A DNA stretch of 64,000 bases from an uncultured Collinsella sp. (GCA_902405995.1 CABPCG010000005.1:7116-71115), one strand, 5' to 3'; positions 9,908-18,634 are shown, counted from the first letter of the stretch. Numbers and translations: made by a program. The notes: generated by a model from the sequence alone, not told the origin.

Positions 9908-11173
9908 ATGGAAAATGCAAAGTTAAAGAGCAGCAAGGTTTACGCATGGGTTCTCGTGATCGCGCTCGGCCTCATGTCTGCCGGTACGACCGGATCCTAT
10001 AGCGTAATCGCTGGCTCCTTCGTCGCGCCCGTGTGCGAGGAGTTCGGATTTGACTACTCCATCTTCTCGTATTACTTCACTGCAACGCTCATTGGTCTTG
10101 CAGCGGCTCTTCCGTTTGTCGGAAAACTCATCCCCAAGGTTGTTGGCAAGTTTTGGCTCCCCGTCGTCGAGCTTATTCTGCTCGCCGCTGGCGCAGGCAT
10201 GGCCTTCTACACCGAAGTCTGGATGTTCATCGCAGCTGGTGCTTTGATTGGCGTTTGCTTCGCCTTCACTACCGGCGTCGCCATGTCCGATGTTATTGAC
10301 CAGTGGTTCAAAAAATCTGGCGGCCTGGCAATTGGTCTCGCTTGGGCAGTGAACTCGATTTACATGCTCATCATGAGTCCCGTCATCACCTCTGTCATTG
10401 AGGCTGCTGGCTGGAGGACTGGTTATCTGGTGCTCGCTGGCGTCTCCGCCGTGCTCATTCTTCCCGCTTCCATCCTGATTATCCGCTATAAGCCCCAGGA
10501 CAAGGGCATGCTGCCCTATGGCTATGTCGAAGGCGAGACGGTCGCCGAGACCGAGGAGACGACCGAGGATAGTGCACGTGGCGTTAGCTACGCACGCGCT
10601 ATTAAGTCGCCTGCATTCTTTTTCTGCATCGGCTTCCTCTGCCTCGTTCAGCTTACTTGCTGCATGAACCAGCTGTTCCCCACCTATGCCGCCGAGGTCG
10701 GCTTTAGCCCCATGGTGGGTGGCTTCATGGTTTCCGCCGCATCGCTGTTCGACCTGTTCCTCAACCCGATCGTCGGTACCACTTGCGATAAGTTTGGCAG
10801 CACCAAGGCCATTCTGAGCTGGCTCGCCGTCTCGATTCTCTCCTTTGTCATGCTCATGATGAGCAGCGGCAACTCGACGCTCAGCATTCTTGCTGCCGGT
10901 GTTAACGACGTCATGTACGTCATCGCCGGCACCGCTCTGACCGTTTTGGTGATGGACGTCTTTGGCTCCCGTGACTTTGGTCGCATCTTCGCGCTCATCT
11001 GCTCCGTGGGCTATATCGTCGGCGCCTTTGGCATGCCCGTCATGATGAAGGTATACGAGCTTGTCGGCTCCTTCCAGGGCGTTTTCATCTTCTGTATTGC
11101 ATGCAACGTCATCATCGGTCTGTTCTTGCTGCTGGCAAAGAAGACTGGTAAGAGCCTCTCTTGGGACGAATAG
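9908..11173 (+). CDS. MFS-family transporter (paralog of 5186..6466)
   Basis: Shared motifs with first MFS ORF; 12 predicted TM segments; ATG with GGAGC RBS. Confidence 0.7.
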   Translation: MENAKLKSSKVYAWVLVIALGLMSAGTTGSYSVIAGSFVAPVCEEFGFDYSIFSYYFTATLIGLAAALPFVGKLIPKVVGKFWLPVVELILLAAGAGMAFYTEVWMFIAAGALIGVCFAFTTGVAMSDVIDQWFKKSGGLAIGLAWAVNSIYMLIMSPVITSVIEAAGWRTGYLVLAGVSAVLILPASILIIRYKPQDKGMLPYGYVEGETVAETEETTEDSARGVSYARAIKSPAFFFCIGFLCLVQLTCCMNQLFPTYAAEVGFSPMVGGFMVSAASLFDLFLNPIVGTTCDKFGSTKAILSWLAVSILSFVMLMMSSGNSTLSILAAGVNDVMYVIAGTALTVLVMDVFGSRDFGRIFALICSVGYIVGAFGMPVMMKVYELVGSFQGVFIFCIACNVIIGLFLLLAKKTGKSLSWDE

Positions 11174-11223
11174 TTCGATTCGTCTTAGTCATACGCTGTA
11201 GGAGTTAATCTGCAGCAGCTTTA

Positions 11224-11252
11224 GGGCATCGGCTAACGCCGGTGCCCTTTTT
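11224..11252 (+). terminator. Intrinsic terminator (gggcatcggc taac gccggtgccc + TTTTT)
   Basis: GC stem-loop followed by T5 run 50 nt after MFS stop. Confidence 0.6.
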
Positions 11253-11257
11253 CATGG

Positions 11258-11290
11258 AATGTGACAAAGGGACAGTCCCTTTGTCACATT
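11258..11290. repeat. Palindromic extragenic element family 1 copy (aatgtgacaaagggacagtccctttgtcacatt)
   Basis: Exact consensus palindrome between convergent MFS (+) and membrane protein (-) genes. Confidence 0.9.
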
Positions 11291-11296
11291 GGGCGC

Positions 11297-12430
11297 CTAG
11301 CTCGTTTTGCCCACCAACGTGATACGGATGCTTGGATGGGTGTACTCGTCAAACTCGTCCTCGGGCTCCGTGTCAAACGAATAGTACGTTTTGATGGGGT
11401 TGTCACTCGTCCTGATGGAGATTCTCTCGTAGAGCGAACCGTTCAAAAAAGCCTGCCTAAACTCTTCGGGGAGCTTTTGCGGTGCTAGGAGCTCGGGACT
11501 CATGGTCTTGACGTCTACGGTTTGGACGACAGAGGAAAGTTCGTCCAAGTCGAGCTCGATGCGGGCGAGGTTGTCCTCAAGGCTCGCGTCGGGGTCGATC
11601 TCTGCTATGTAACTCACTTCCTTGAGCGTTCCCTTGTTGTCAAAGTCCAGATACGTATAGGTCTTCTGGGCGTCGGAGTCGCCTTCGTGCAGATAGCCGC
11701 GGACATGATAGCCGTAATCTTGATATCGCTCGTAGGGGTCATCGGCGGACACGTACTCGCATGCGGGCTCTAGCGTCTTGCGGGCGATGGCGATCTGCTC
11801 GGCCGCGGCCGCGGCATTCTCCTGCATCTCGATGTTTCCCTGTGCCAGCTGCGGGATATAAGCACCGCACACGATTGCGAGGGGCAGCGCCACAAGTGCG
11901 ATGATCCACTTTTTTGCACGGGGGATAGGCACGCTATAGGCCTCCGCCATGGCCTTTGCGTTGGCATAGCTTTCGGTAAGTACGTCCGCTGCGGTGGCGA
12001 CGGCGCCTACGGCAGCGGCGACTTCTGCCGCGCCGCCCAGGTTGCGCACGGTCGCGTTATCGCTGTTCTTAAGCAGGCGCGCGGCAGCCTGCGTACCGAT
12101 AACGCCTGCGATTTGTGCCGAGCGGTCTTTCTCGGTCTGCTCGACGACGAGTCGGTGCTGCATTTCCTTCCATTGCTTGCCGCGCATGCCAAAGCGCGGC
12201 GCGAGCGCGCAGTAGCAGAATATGACGAGCTCGATGGCAGTGAGCGCCAAGGCGGTCATCATGCCCGTCTCTTGGAAGCCTTCGTGATGGAAGACGATAT
12301 CGTCGATCATTTCGAAGGGAATGATCAAAAAAGGCAGCACGAACGCCATGGCAAGCGCTGCACCGGCAATCTTGGGATAGATGCAGTATCGCTGGATACG
12401 CTTGCGTTCTTGTTCGGAAATTGTTGCCAT
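11297..12430 (-). CDS. Hypothetical membrane protein (3 TM + approx 190-aa extracytoplasmic C-terminal domain)
   Basis: ATG at 12430 (MATISEQERK) with AAGGA RBS; hydrophobic segments IAGAALAMAFVLPFLIIPF, MMTALALTAIELVIFCYCALAP, WIIALVALPLAIVCGAYIP; no recognisable catalytic motif. Confidence 0.5.
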   Translation of the reverse strand: MATISEQERKRIQRYCIYPKIAGAALAMAFVLPFLIIPFEMIDDIVFHHEGFQETGMMTALALTAIELVIFCYCALAPRFGMRGKQWKEMQHRLVVEQTEKDRSAQIAGVIGTQAAARLLKNSDNATVRNLGGAAEVAAAVGAVATAADVLTESYANAKAMAEAYSVPIPRAKKWIIALVALPLAIVCGAYIPQLAQGNIEMQENAAAAAEQIAIARKTLEPACEYVSADDPYERYQDYGYHVRGYLHEGDSDAQKTYTYLDFDNKGTLKEVSYIAEIDPDASLEDNLARIELDLDELSSVVQTVDVKTMSPELLAPQKLPEEFRQAFLNGSLYERISIRTSDNPIKTYYSFDTEPEDEFDEYTHPSIRITLVGKTS

Positions 12431-12493
12431 GGCTGGTCCTTGGTGTCGTAACGGTCGTTGCGGCGCATGGGGCGCGGGGCGCATCAGTTTGAG

Positions 12494-13021
12494 CTAGCGC
12501 TGGATAAGAACATAGAGCAAGATGCTCATCGCGATGAGCAAGAAGCCTGCGATGTTAAACATCAGTGTGGCAAAGTTGCCCACGATGGGGCGTTCGACAT
12601 AGCTTTTGTCTGGGTTGCTGGGGTTGTAGTACACGGTCATTTGGCTACCGAGGGGCCAAAGCTGCTCCGCGAGGGTGCCTAGGCGGGCGATGGGGCCTGT
12701 CTGCACGTGCAGCCAGCCCTTGGCGTCTTCGTAGGCGGTGGCTTGCGTGCGGATGGGGAGTCCCGACAAGCTTTTGGTCTTTATGCCACGGAATTGTTTT
12801 TTCGCGCGGTATTGCGTGCCGTCGACGGCGTATTCCAAAACGGGATACATCCTGCCTTCGCCCATAAAGCGATGGTCGATGACCGTTCCCATGGTCACGG
12901 CGGTACAGGCCTTGGCTTTCTTGCGAGCGGCGGCTTTCATGAGCGCGCTCACTCCGATAAGCAGGATGCCGATGCCCCCAACCAAGATGAGCGCGAGCAG
13001 GGATATCTGCGACGTGGTCAC
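12494..13021 (-). CDS. Small membrane protein, TM-soluble domain-TM architecture (DUF3592-like)
   Basis: N- and C-terminal TM helices flanking an approx 110-aa domain; co-directional and adjacent to previous gene (probable operon). Confidence 0.5.
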   Translation of the reverse strand: MTTSQISLLALILVGGIGILLIGVSALMKAAARKKAKACTAVTMGTVIDHRFMGEGRMYPVLEYAVDGTQYRAKKQFRGIKTKSLSGLPIRTQATAYEDAKGWLHVQTGPIARLGTLAEQLWPLGSQMTVYYNPSNPDKSYVERPIVGNFATLMFNIAGFLLIAMSILLYVLIQR

Positions 13022-13111
13022 GGCGTTCTCCTTTGGCGCGATACCGTCATATGTGACCCAGTATAGAGAATCCCGCCATCGATGAGCTATTGCGGGGGGG
13101 GGTCAATTCTG

Positions 13112-13144
13112 AATGTGACAAATGGACTGTTCCTTTGTCACATC
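13112..13144. repeat. Palindromic extragenic element family 1 copy, slightly degenerate (aatgtgacaaatggactgttcctttgtcacat)
   Basis: Same arms TGTGACAAA..TTTGTCACAT; in divergent intergenic region. Confidence 0.8.
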
Positions 13145-13147
13145 GGG

Positions 13148-13345
13148 GACTGCGGAATCGAGGTCTAATACTTTTCCCGAGAAGTGAACGAGTGAAAACG
13201 GACTCCCGAAGCATCGACACTTTTGGCGTGCAATTTCCTGCGGTTTTGCCAGTCAAATCCTGCGGTTTTGACGCCTAAAAATGTCAATGCTTCGGGGGTC
13301 CAAATAGAGCCGTTCACTTCTCGGGAAAAGTATTAGACCTCGAAA
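13148..13345. repeat. Large imperfect inverted repeat (arms approx 65 bp, 32-nt perfect core cgaggtctaatacttttcccgagaagtgaacg) flanking approx 65-bp centre containing direct repeat cctgcggttttg x2; MITE-like or structured RNA
   Basis: Left arm 13148-13213 and right arm 13279-13345 are reverse complements (perfect over 32 nt, approx 75 percent over remainder). Confidence 0.7.
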
Positions 13346-13397
13346 TATGGGCGGCGTTCGCGAACGGCAACTAGCTTGCGTCCGGTAGCCGGCACTT

Positions 13398-13424
13398 GGG
13401 GCAAAGGGACTGCCCTTTTGCCCC
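13398..13424. repeat. Variant palindrome related to family 1 core (ggggcaaagggactgcccttttgcccc)
   Basis: Shares AAAGGGAC.GTCCCTTT-type core but with GGGGC arms instead of TGTGAC. Confidence 0.6.
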
Positions 13425-13508
13425 TTCACCATTGCATCGTATCTGGTGTGGAAAAAATATCGCCTGCGTTCTCGCGCCTGCGAAGAGTTCCTGAACCGCT
13501 TGAATGGG

Positions 13509-13539
13509 ATGTGACAAAGGGACTGTCCCTTTGTCACAT
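13509..13539. repeat. Palindromic extragenic element family 1 copy (atgtgacaaagggactgtccctttgtcacat)
   Basis: Exact palindrome 15 nt upstream of Dus start codon. Confidence 0.9.
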
Positions 13540-13553
13540 TGATTTGAGAGTGG

Positions 13554-14516
13554 ATGTTGATGAATTTATCGCTGGCCCCTATGGAGGGGATTACCGGGCA
13601 TGTGTTCCGTCGCGTGCATGCGGAGTGCTTTGGCGCGCTCGATTGTTATTACACGCCGTTTTTGCCGCCGCCGCGGGTGGGCAACCGCTTTGGTGGCAAG
13701 GCGTTTAAAGAGGTCGATCCTGCCAATAACCAGGGGCTTAACGTAGTACCTCAGCTGATGTCCAAGAATGCGGACGAGTTTGTGTGGGCGGCGCAGGTGC
13801 TCGCCGAGATGGGGTACCGCGAGGTCAATCTCAACCTTGGCTGCCCCTCGGGTACGGTTGTTGCCAAAGGCAAGGGTTCGGGCTTTCTGCGCAACCTGGA
13901 TGAGCTCGAGGTGTTCTTGAGCGACGTGTGCGAACGCTCACCCTTGCCGGTGTCGGTCAAGACCAGGCTGGGGTTGGAAAGCGATGACGAGTACGAACGC
14001 GTGCTCGACCTCTATTGCCGCATGCCGCTGGCAGAGCTGATCGTGCATCCGCGCGTGCAAAAGGACCGTTATACGGGCTCGCCGCGTAAAGAGTTTTACG
14101 GCGAGACGTTGGAGCGGGCGCCGTTTCCCGTGGCCTATAACGGCGACATCTTTGATCTTGAGGACATGGATGCGCTGGTGGGGGCCTATCCCGGAACACG
14201 CCACGTAATGTTGGGGCGCGGCTTGCTCGCGAACCCCGCGCTGGCTCGCATGGTTAAGGGCGGCCCTGCCGCCACGGCTGCCGAGTTGCAGCGCTTCCAC
14301 GACACGCTGTTTGCGGCCTATGCGGACGAGATTGGGGGCAACGCGGTCTTTCGCATGAAGGAATGGTGGTTCTACGCCAAATGTGCCTTCGCCGATCCTG
14401 CTACCGTGCACAAGCTCGTGCGCAAGACCAAAAAGGTCGACGAATACCGCGCCGCCGTCGAGCGCGTCTTTCGCGAGCAGCCGCTCGCGCCTGTTGCCCG
14501 CTTTTGTGGCTACTAG
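13554..14516 (+). CDS. tRNA-dihydrouridine synthase (Dus family)
   Basis: LAPMEGITGHVFR, NLNLGCPSGTVVAKGKGSGFL FMN/active-site motifs, TIM-barrel length. Confidence 0.8.
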   Translation: MLMNLSLAPMEGITGHVFRRVHAECFGALDCYYTPFLPPPRVGNRFGGKAFKEVDPANNQGLNVVPQLMSKNADEFVWAAQVLAEMGYREVNLNLGCPSGTVVAKGKGSGFLRNLDELEVFLSDVCERSPLPVSVKTRLGLESDDEYERVLDLYCRMPLAELIVHPRVQKDRYTGSPRKEFYGETLERAPFPVAYNGDIFDLEDMDALVGAYPGTRHVMLGRGLLANPALARMVKGGPAATAAELQRFHDTLFAAYADEIGGNAVFRMKEWWFYAKCAFADPATVHKLVRKTKKVDEYRAAVERVFREQPLAPVARFCGY

Positions 14517-14571
14517 TCGTTGGGGACGTTCTTTAACGACTAGTCATTCAAGAACGTCCCCAATGACTAGA
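14513..14571. repeat. Hairpin repeat family 2 copy (gactagtcattcaagaacgtccccaatgactag) preceded by partial inverted copy actagtcgttggggacgttcttt
   Basis: 33-nt element with 9-bp stem ctagtcatt/aatgactag; second near-identical copy at 33881-33913. Confidence 0.75.
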
Positions 14572-14687
14572 TTGAAAAGCTGTACGCCAGCATCCAAAGA
14601 TGTCGAAAAATGTCGACTTTGGATGCTGACGTACATGTTTGGTTCGTATGGGTTTGTGCGTTGGGGCCGGCCGACCGCAATAGAACG

Positions 14688-14933
14688 CTAGAGCAAATTC
14701 TCCTGCACCCACGCGATGATGTCGCCCGACTCGTAGAGCGGCGCGCCGTCAATGAACAGGCAGGGAACCTGGCGCTTGCCGCCGACGGCGATGAGCGTCT
14801 GCTCGGCATCGGGGTCGGTCGAGATATTGCGCTCGGGGATGGTCACGCCGTTATCGGCCAAAAAGCGCTTGACCTTTATGCAATACGGGCAGCCGGTCAT
14901 AACGTACAGCTCGAGCTTGTGATCAGTAGCCAT
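14688..14933 (-). CDS. Glutaredoxin
   Basis: CPYC active site in YVMTGCPYCIKVKRFL, thioredoxin-fold length (81 aa); ATG at 14933. Confidence 0.8.
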   Translation of the reverse strand: MATDHKLELYVMTGCPYCIKVKRFLADNGVTIPERNISTDPDAEQTLIAVGGKRQVPCLFIDGAPLYESGDIIAWVQENLL

Positions 14934-14984
14934 AGGTCTCCAATCGGTTGAGGTTTCGATTGAGATACCCAATGCCGCCGCGGT

Positions 14985-15812
14985 CTATGCGCGAGTCAGC
15001 GATGACTCGATTGCCTGGACCAGAAACGCCGTGGCTCCGGTGCCGCAGGGCTTGTCGTAGTAGTCAACAAAGCGCTGGTCGGCGAGGTAGCCGTGGGCGA
15101 GCCCCAGGTATGCCTCGTCTTGGGGTTCGCTTCCCCAGTTGAGGCCAATCCAACGACGATGCATCGCAACAAGTTTTTGGGCCTTTCTGCTCTTTGGATC
15201 GCCGTCGCCCATGGCAATCGAGAGCTGACCCAGAATGGCACGCTCGAGTTCCTTCATGTCGTTCCATGTCTGGGGATCCATGTCCAGTAACGTTTCGTTT
15301 GCTGCATCGATAGCCTCATCGCCATAGCGCGCCCGTGCCTCGGCGCCGTAGCGCTCCTCGTTTTCCTGCACGGTACGCCAGCGCTCCAGTTGCGGCAGCA
15401 CGGCACCCATGAGCGAGACTGCCTCGTCGAGCGACATGCCGGTGTTTTGCGCCAGACGCGGGGCGCAGTCCTCGATCATTGCCTCCATCGTGGTCTCGTA
15501 GGTGTACTTGCCGTGGTCGTAGCACCACTTGCAGTAATGGTCGGTCGTTGCGCCGTGAGCATCGGTACCGCAGTCGTCGGGCGTGAGTATCATGCCGCAG
15601 CTCTGACAATAGTACTCGGGCATTTCGAGCAGATGAGACAGTGGCTCGCCGGTCACGGCGGCAATGAGCTTCATCATGTCGATGCCCGGTGTGACCTCGC
15701 CGCGCTCCCAACGGCTGACGGCTTGGCGTGTGACGAAGAGCTTGGCGGCGAGCTGCTCCTGAGTTAGGTGATGGGCGCGACGGACAGCAATGAGCTTTTC
15801 TGCGAAGGCCAT
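14985..15812 (-). CDS. XRE-family HTH transcriptional regulator fused to zinc-ribbon and TipAS-like C-terminal domain
   Basis: HTH_XRE motif LTQEQLAAKLFVTRQAVSRWERGE; CQSCG...CKWC zinc ribbon; C-terminal region resembles TipAS antibiotic-binding domain; ATG at 15812 (MAFAEKLIAV); upstream in-frame extension is non-coding. Confidence 0.65.
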   Translation of the reverse strand: MAFAEKLIAVRRAHHLTQEQLAAKLFVTRQAVSRWERGEVTPGIDMMKLIAAVTGEPLSHLLEMPEYYCQSCGMILTPDDCGTDAHGATTDHYCKWCYDHGKYTYETTMEAMIEDCAPRLAQNTGMSLDEAVSLMGAVLPQLERWRTVQENEERYGAEARARYGDEAIDAANETLLDMDPQTWNDMKELERAILGQLSIAMGDGDPKSRKAQKLVAMHRRWIGLNWGSEPQDEAYLGLAHGYLADQRFVDYYDKPCGTGATAFLVQAIESSLTRA

Positions 15813-15945
15813 AGCGGCTCCTTTCTGCTGGTTGATGGCTTTAAGCATACGCGGCGGCAGACGCCCTTCCAAGCAACCGTTGGTTGCACGACGGGGGACC
15901 GCGACAAAGAATTGCGCACGACGCCTCACACCTTCATGCCGTACA

Positions 15946-16692
15946 ATGACCGGCATGGAACCTATTGCACACATACATACCGACCTGCCGCAGAAGTTCG
16001 GCATCCCACGCAACAGCTTTTTGGCGCCCCATCTGCAGGGGCGCATCGTCTTTGAGCCGGAATTTGCCTCCAACGCTGCAGTTGAGGGTCTGGACTCCTT
16101 CTCTCACCTATGGCTGCTATGGTGCTTCGAAAACGGAACGCCCGGTGGCACGGCTAAGGACATAGCCGCCGATGCCAAAACGCAGGACAGGTCCGGCACC
16201 AACGCAAAATGGTCGAAAACCGTGCGCCCGCCGCGTCTGGGTGGAGCCGAGCGTGTGGGCGTGTTTGCCACACGCAGTCCGTTTCGCCCTAATCCCATCG
16301 GGCTCACCTGCGTCAAGCTCAGCCGTGTTGAGCTCACCGATGATGGCCCGATCATCCATATACTGGGGGCCGACCTGCGCGACGGCACGCCCATCTACGA
16401 CATCAAGCCCTACATTCCATTTGCCGACTGTCACCCGGATGCGACGGGCGGCTGGATTGAGGACGCGCCGTGGCAAGAGCTCGATGTTGAGTTCCCACAA
16501 GCGCTGAAAGATATGGTCCCGCCTGCAAAGCTCCCCGGCTTGGTCGAGGTCCTTCGCCAAGATCCGCGCCGTGCGGGTAGCAAGCACGAGCCCAACCGCG
16601 TTTACCACTTGGCCTACGCCGGGCTCGACATATCGTTTACGGTCGACGGAACAAGGCTGACGGTAACCGCCATCAACGACGCGCAAGACTAA
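15946..16692 (+). CDS. tsaA: tRNA (adenine37-N6)-methyltransferase TsaA/YaeB-family protein
   Basis: Characteristic SHLWLLWCFE motif and RSPFRPNPIGL; length approx 249 aa from ATG 15946. Confidence 0.65.
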   Translation: MTGMEPIAHIHTDLPQKFGIPRNSFLAPHLQGRIVFEPEFASNAAVEGLDSFSHLWLLWCFENGTPGGTAKDIAADAKTQDRSGTNAKWSKTVRPPRLGGAERVGVFATRSPFRPNPIGLTCVKLSRVELTDDGPIIHILGADLRDGTPIYDIKPYIPFADCHPDATGGWIEDAPWQELDVEFPQALKDMVPPAKLPGLVEVLRQDPRRAGSKHEPNRVYHLAYAGLDISFTVDGTRLTVTAINDAQD

Positions 16693-16804
16693 CCAGCCAT
16701 TCGTCCGCACCCGTCAAATTAAGCGCCAAACCCCATGTCAAAACCGCCCACGCTGGTGGACAATAACGCCTACCGAAACAATCCGCTTTGCACGGGAGCT
16801 CAGC

Positions 16805-18016
16805 ATGAAATACGACTTTACCTCGCTTATCGACCGCCACGGCATGGACGCCATCGCCGTTGACTCCTGGGGAGAAATTCCCGGCATGGCTCCGAACGCA
16901 CCCGACGAGGGCTTCGACCGCATCCCCATGTGGGTAGCGGACATGAACTTTGCCACGGTGCCCACGGTCCAGGAGTACATCATTCAGCGCGCCCAGCATC
17001 CCATGTTTGGCTATTTCAATCCGCGCGACGAGTACTTCGACCGCATCATCGAATGGCAGACCCGCCGTAATGGCGTCGAAGGCCTGCTCCCTGAGCATAT
17101 CGGCTACGAAAACGGCGTACTGGGCGGTGTCGTGTCGACGTTGCGCGCATATGTCCAGCCGGGCGATGCGGTGCTGGTCCACAGTCCCACCTACATCGGC
17201 TTTACCAAGTCCATCGAGGCCGCGGGCTATCGCATTGTCCACAGCCCGCTTAAGCTCGACGATCAGGGCGTGTGGCGCATGGATTTTGAGGACATGGAGC
17301 GCAAGCTCGCCCAAAACCACATCCATGCCGCCGTGTTCTGCTCGCCGCACAATCCCTGCGGCCGCGTATGGGAGCGCGACGAGATCGAGCGCGCCATGGA
17401 TATCTATCGCCAGCACGATTGCGTGGTGATCTCGGATGAGATTTGGTCCGATATCATCCTGCCGGGTCACAAGCATATCCCGACGCAGTCGGTGAGCGAG
17501 GATGCCCGCATGCGCACGGTTGCCCTCTATGCGCCCAGCAAGACGTTTAACCTGGCGGGCCTGGTCGGCAGCTACCACATCATCTATAACGAGACGCTGC
17601 GCGACCGCGTGTGCGCCGTGTCCAACAAGACTCACTACAACGAGATGAACGTCCTCTCCATGCATGCGCTTATCGGTGCCTACCAGCCGCAAGGCTACGA
17701 GTGGCTCGATGAGCTCAATGAGGTCATCGATGCCAACGTTGACTACTTTTGCAATTACGTTGACGAGCATTTTGAGGGCGTGTCCTATTCGCGTCCGCAG
17801 GGCACGTACATGGTGTTTCTGGACTGCACCGAGTGGTGTCGCGAGCATGGCCGCGATATTCAGTGGCTGCTTGACGAGGGGGCGCGCGTGGGCGTGGGGT
17901 ATCAGGATGGCCGTCCGTTCCACGGGCCTTGTCACATCCGCGTGAATCTGGCACTGCCGCTTTCGCGGGTAAAGGAGGCGTGTGAGCGCCTGGACCGCTA
18001 CGTTTTTGGGGTATAG
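16805..18016 (+). CDS. PLP-dependent C-S lyase (MalY/PatB-type cystathionine beta-lyase, aminotransferase class I/II)
   Basis: SPHNPCGRVW motif, PLP-lysine region YAPSKTFNLAGL, approx 400 aa. Confidence 0.8.
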   Translation: MKYDFTSLIDRHGMDAIAVDSWGEIPGMAPNAPDEGFDRIPMWVADMNFATVPTVQEYIIQRAQHPMFGYFNPRDEYFDRIIEWQTRRNGVEGLLPEHIGYENGVLGGVVSTLRAYVQPGDAVLVHSPTYIGFTKSIEAAGYRIVHSPLKLDDQGVWRMDFEDMERKLAQNHIHAAVFCSPHNPCGRVWERDEIERAMDIYRQHDCVVISDEIWSDIILPGHKHIPTQSVSEDARMRTVALYAPSKTFNLAGLVGSYHIIYNETLRDRVCAVSNKTHYNEMNVLSMHALIGAYQPQGYEWLDELNEVIDANVDYFCNYVDEHFEGVSYSRPQGTYMVFLDCTEWCREHGRDIQWLLDEGARVGVGYQDGRPFHGPCHIRVNLALPLSRVKEACERLDRYVFGV

Positions 18017-18037
18017 GGGGCGCTCGATTCGAGTGCT

Positions 18038-18080
18038 GCCCCATGTGCCCACGCCGTCAAAATGCGTGGGCACATGGGGC
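18038..18080. terminator. Bidirectional terminator hairpin (16-bp stem gccccatgtgcccacg / cgtgggcacatggggc)
   Basis: Perfect inverted repeat between convergent C-S lyase (+) and PNPOx-like (-) genes. Confidence 0.6.
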
Positions 18081-18112
18081 GCAGAGGGTAGCGAGCGCGT
18101 TTTTCGCATTCG

Positions 18113-18592
18113 CTACTTTTCGTGAATCTGCTTGCCGCAAAGATGCTCAATCGAAATCTCGTAGAGTTGGACGCCCTTGATGTCTTTGGCGATTTCTTCC
18201 TCGACTTCTTCGGCAGAAGGGTAGTACTTAAGCGCGAGCTGACGGACTTTGTCCTCGATAAACGCAGGCGCTTCATCTACCAGGCGGCAACGGCCAAAGA
18301 CCACGGTGCTCATGACGTAAGGAGCCCAGTCGCCGTCCTTGTACCACTCGTTGCCGTAAACGGTAAAGCAGACTTTATCGTCACGCCTGAGCGAATCGAC
18401 CTTGTGGCCGGCCTTGGCGCCATGGAAATAAATCTTGTCGTGCTCGGCGTCAAAGAAGTAGTTGACGGGAATGGCATAGGGGTAGCCATCATCGCCGTTG
18501 ACGGCAAAGACGCCGCGCTTACAGGTGGCGAGCAACTCGCGCGCTTCCTCGTCAGTGATGGCGCGTTTCTTTCGACGTAAGGGCCTAAACAT
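18113..18592 (-). CDS. Pyridoxamine 5-prime-phosphate oxidase-like FMN-binding protein (NimA/flavin reductase-like split-barrel family)
   Basis: Split-barrel pattern GVFAVNGDDGYPYAIPVNYFFD..IYFHGAKAGHK; ATG at 18592. Confidence 0.7.
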   Translation of the reverse strand: MFRPLRRKKRAITDEEARELLATCKRGVFAVNGDDGYPYAIPVNYFFDAEHDKIYFHGAKAGHKVDSLRRDDKVCFTVYGNEWYKDGDWAPYVMSTVVFGRCRLVDEAPAFIEDKVRQLALKYYPSAEEVEEEIAKDIKGVQLYEISIEHLCGKQIHEK

Positions 18593-18634
18593 CGTTGGCT
18601 TCCTTTCTGGCTGTGCATGGTGGTTGAGCACAAA

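Noticed and set aside
11261-11488. ORFs beginning MTKGQSLCHI (11261-11488 plus, 13253-13537 minus)
   Set aside because: The N-terminus is encoded by the palindromic element itself: ATGTGACAAAGGGACAGTCCCTTTGTCACAT reads ATG ACA AAG GGA CAG TCC in both directions. The remainder overlaps convergent genes, so these are spurious.
14985-16073. Long 362-aa form of the XRE regulator ORF, and 15790-start form of TsaA
   Set aside because: The upstream extensions overlap each other divergently and lack coding character. Internal ATGs (15812; 15946) with sensible N-termini were chosen.
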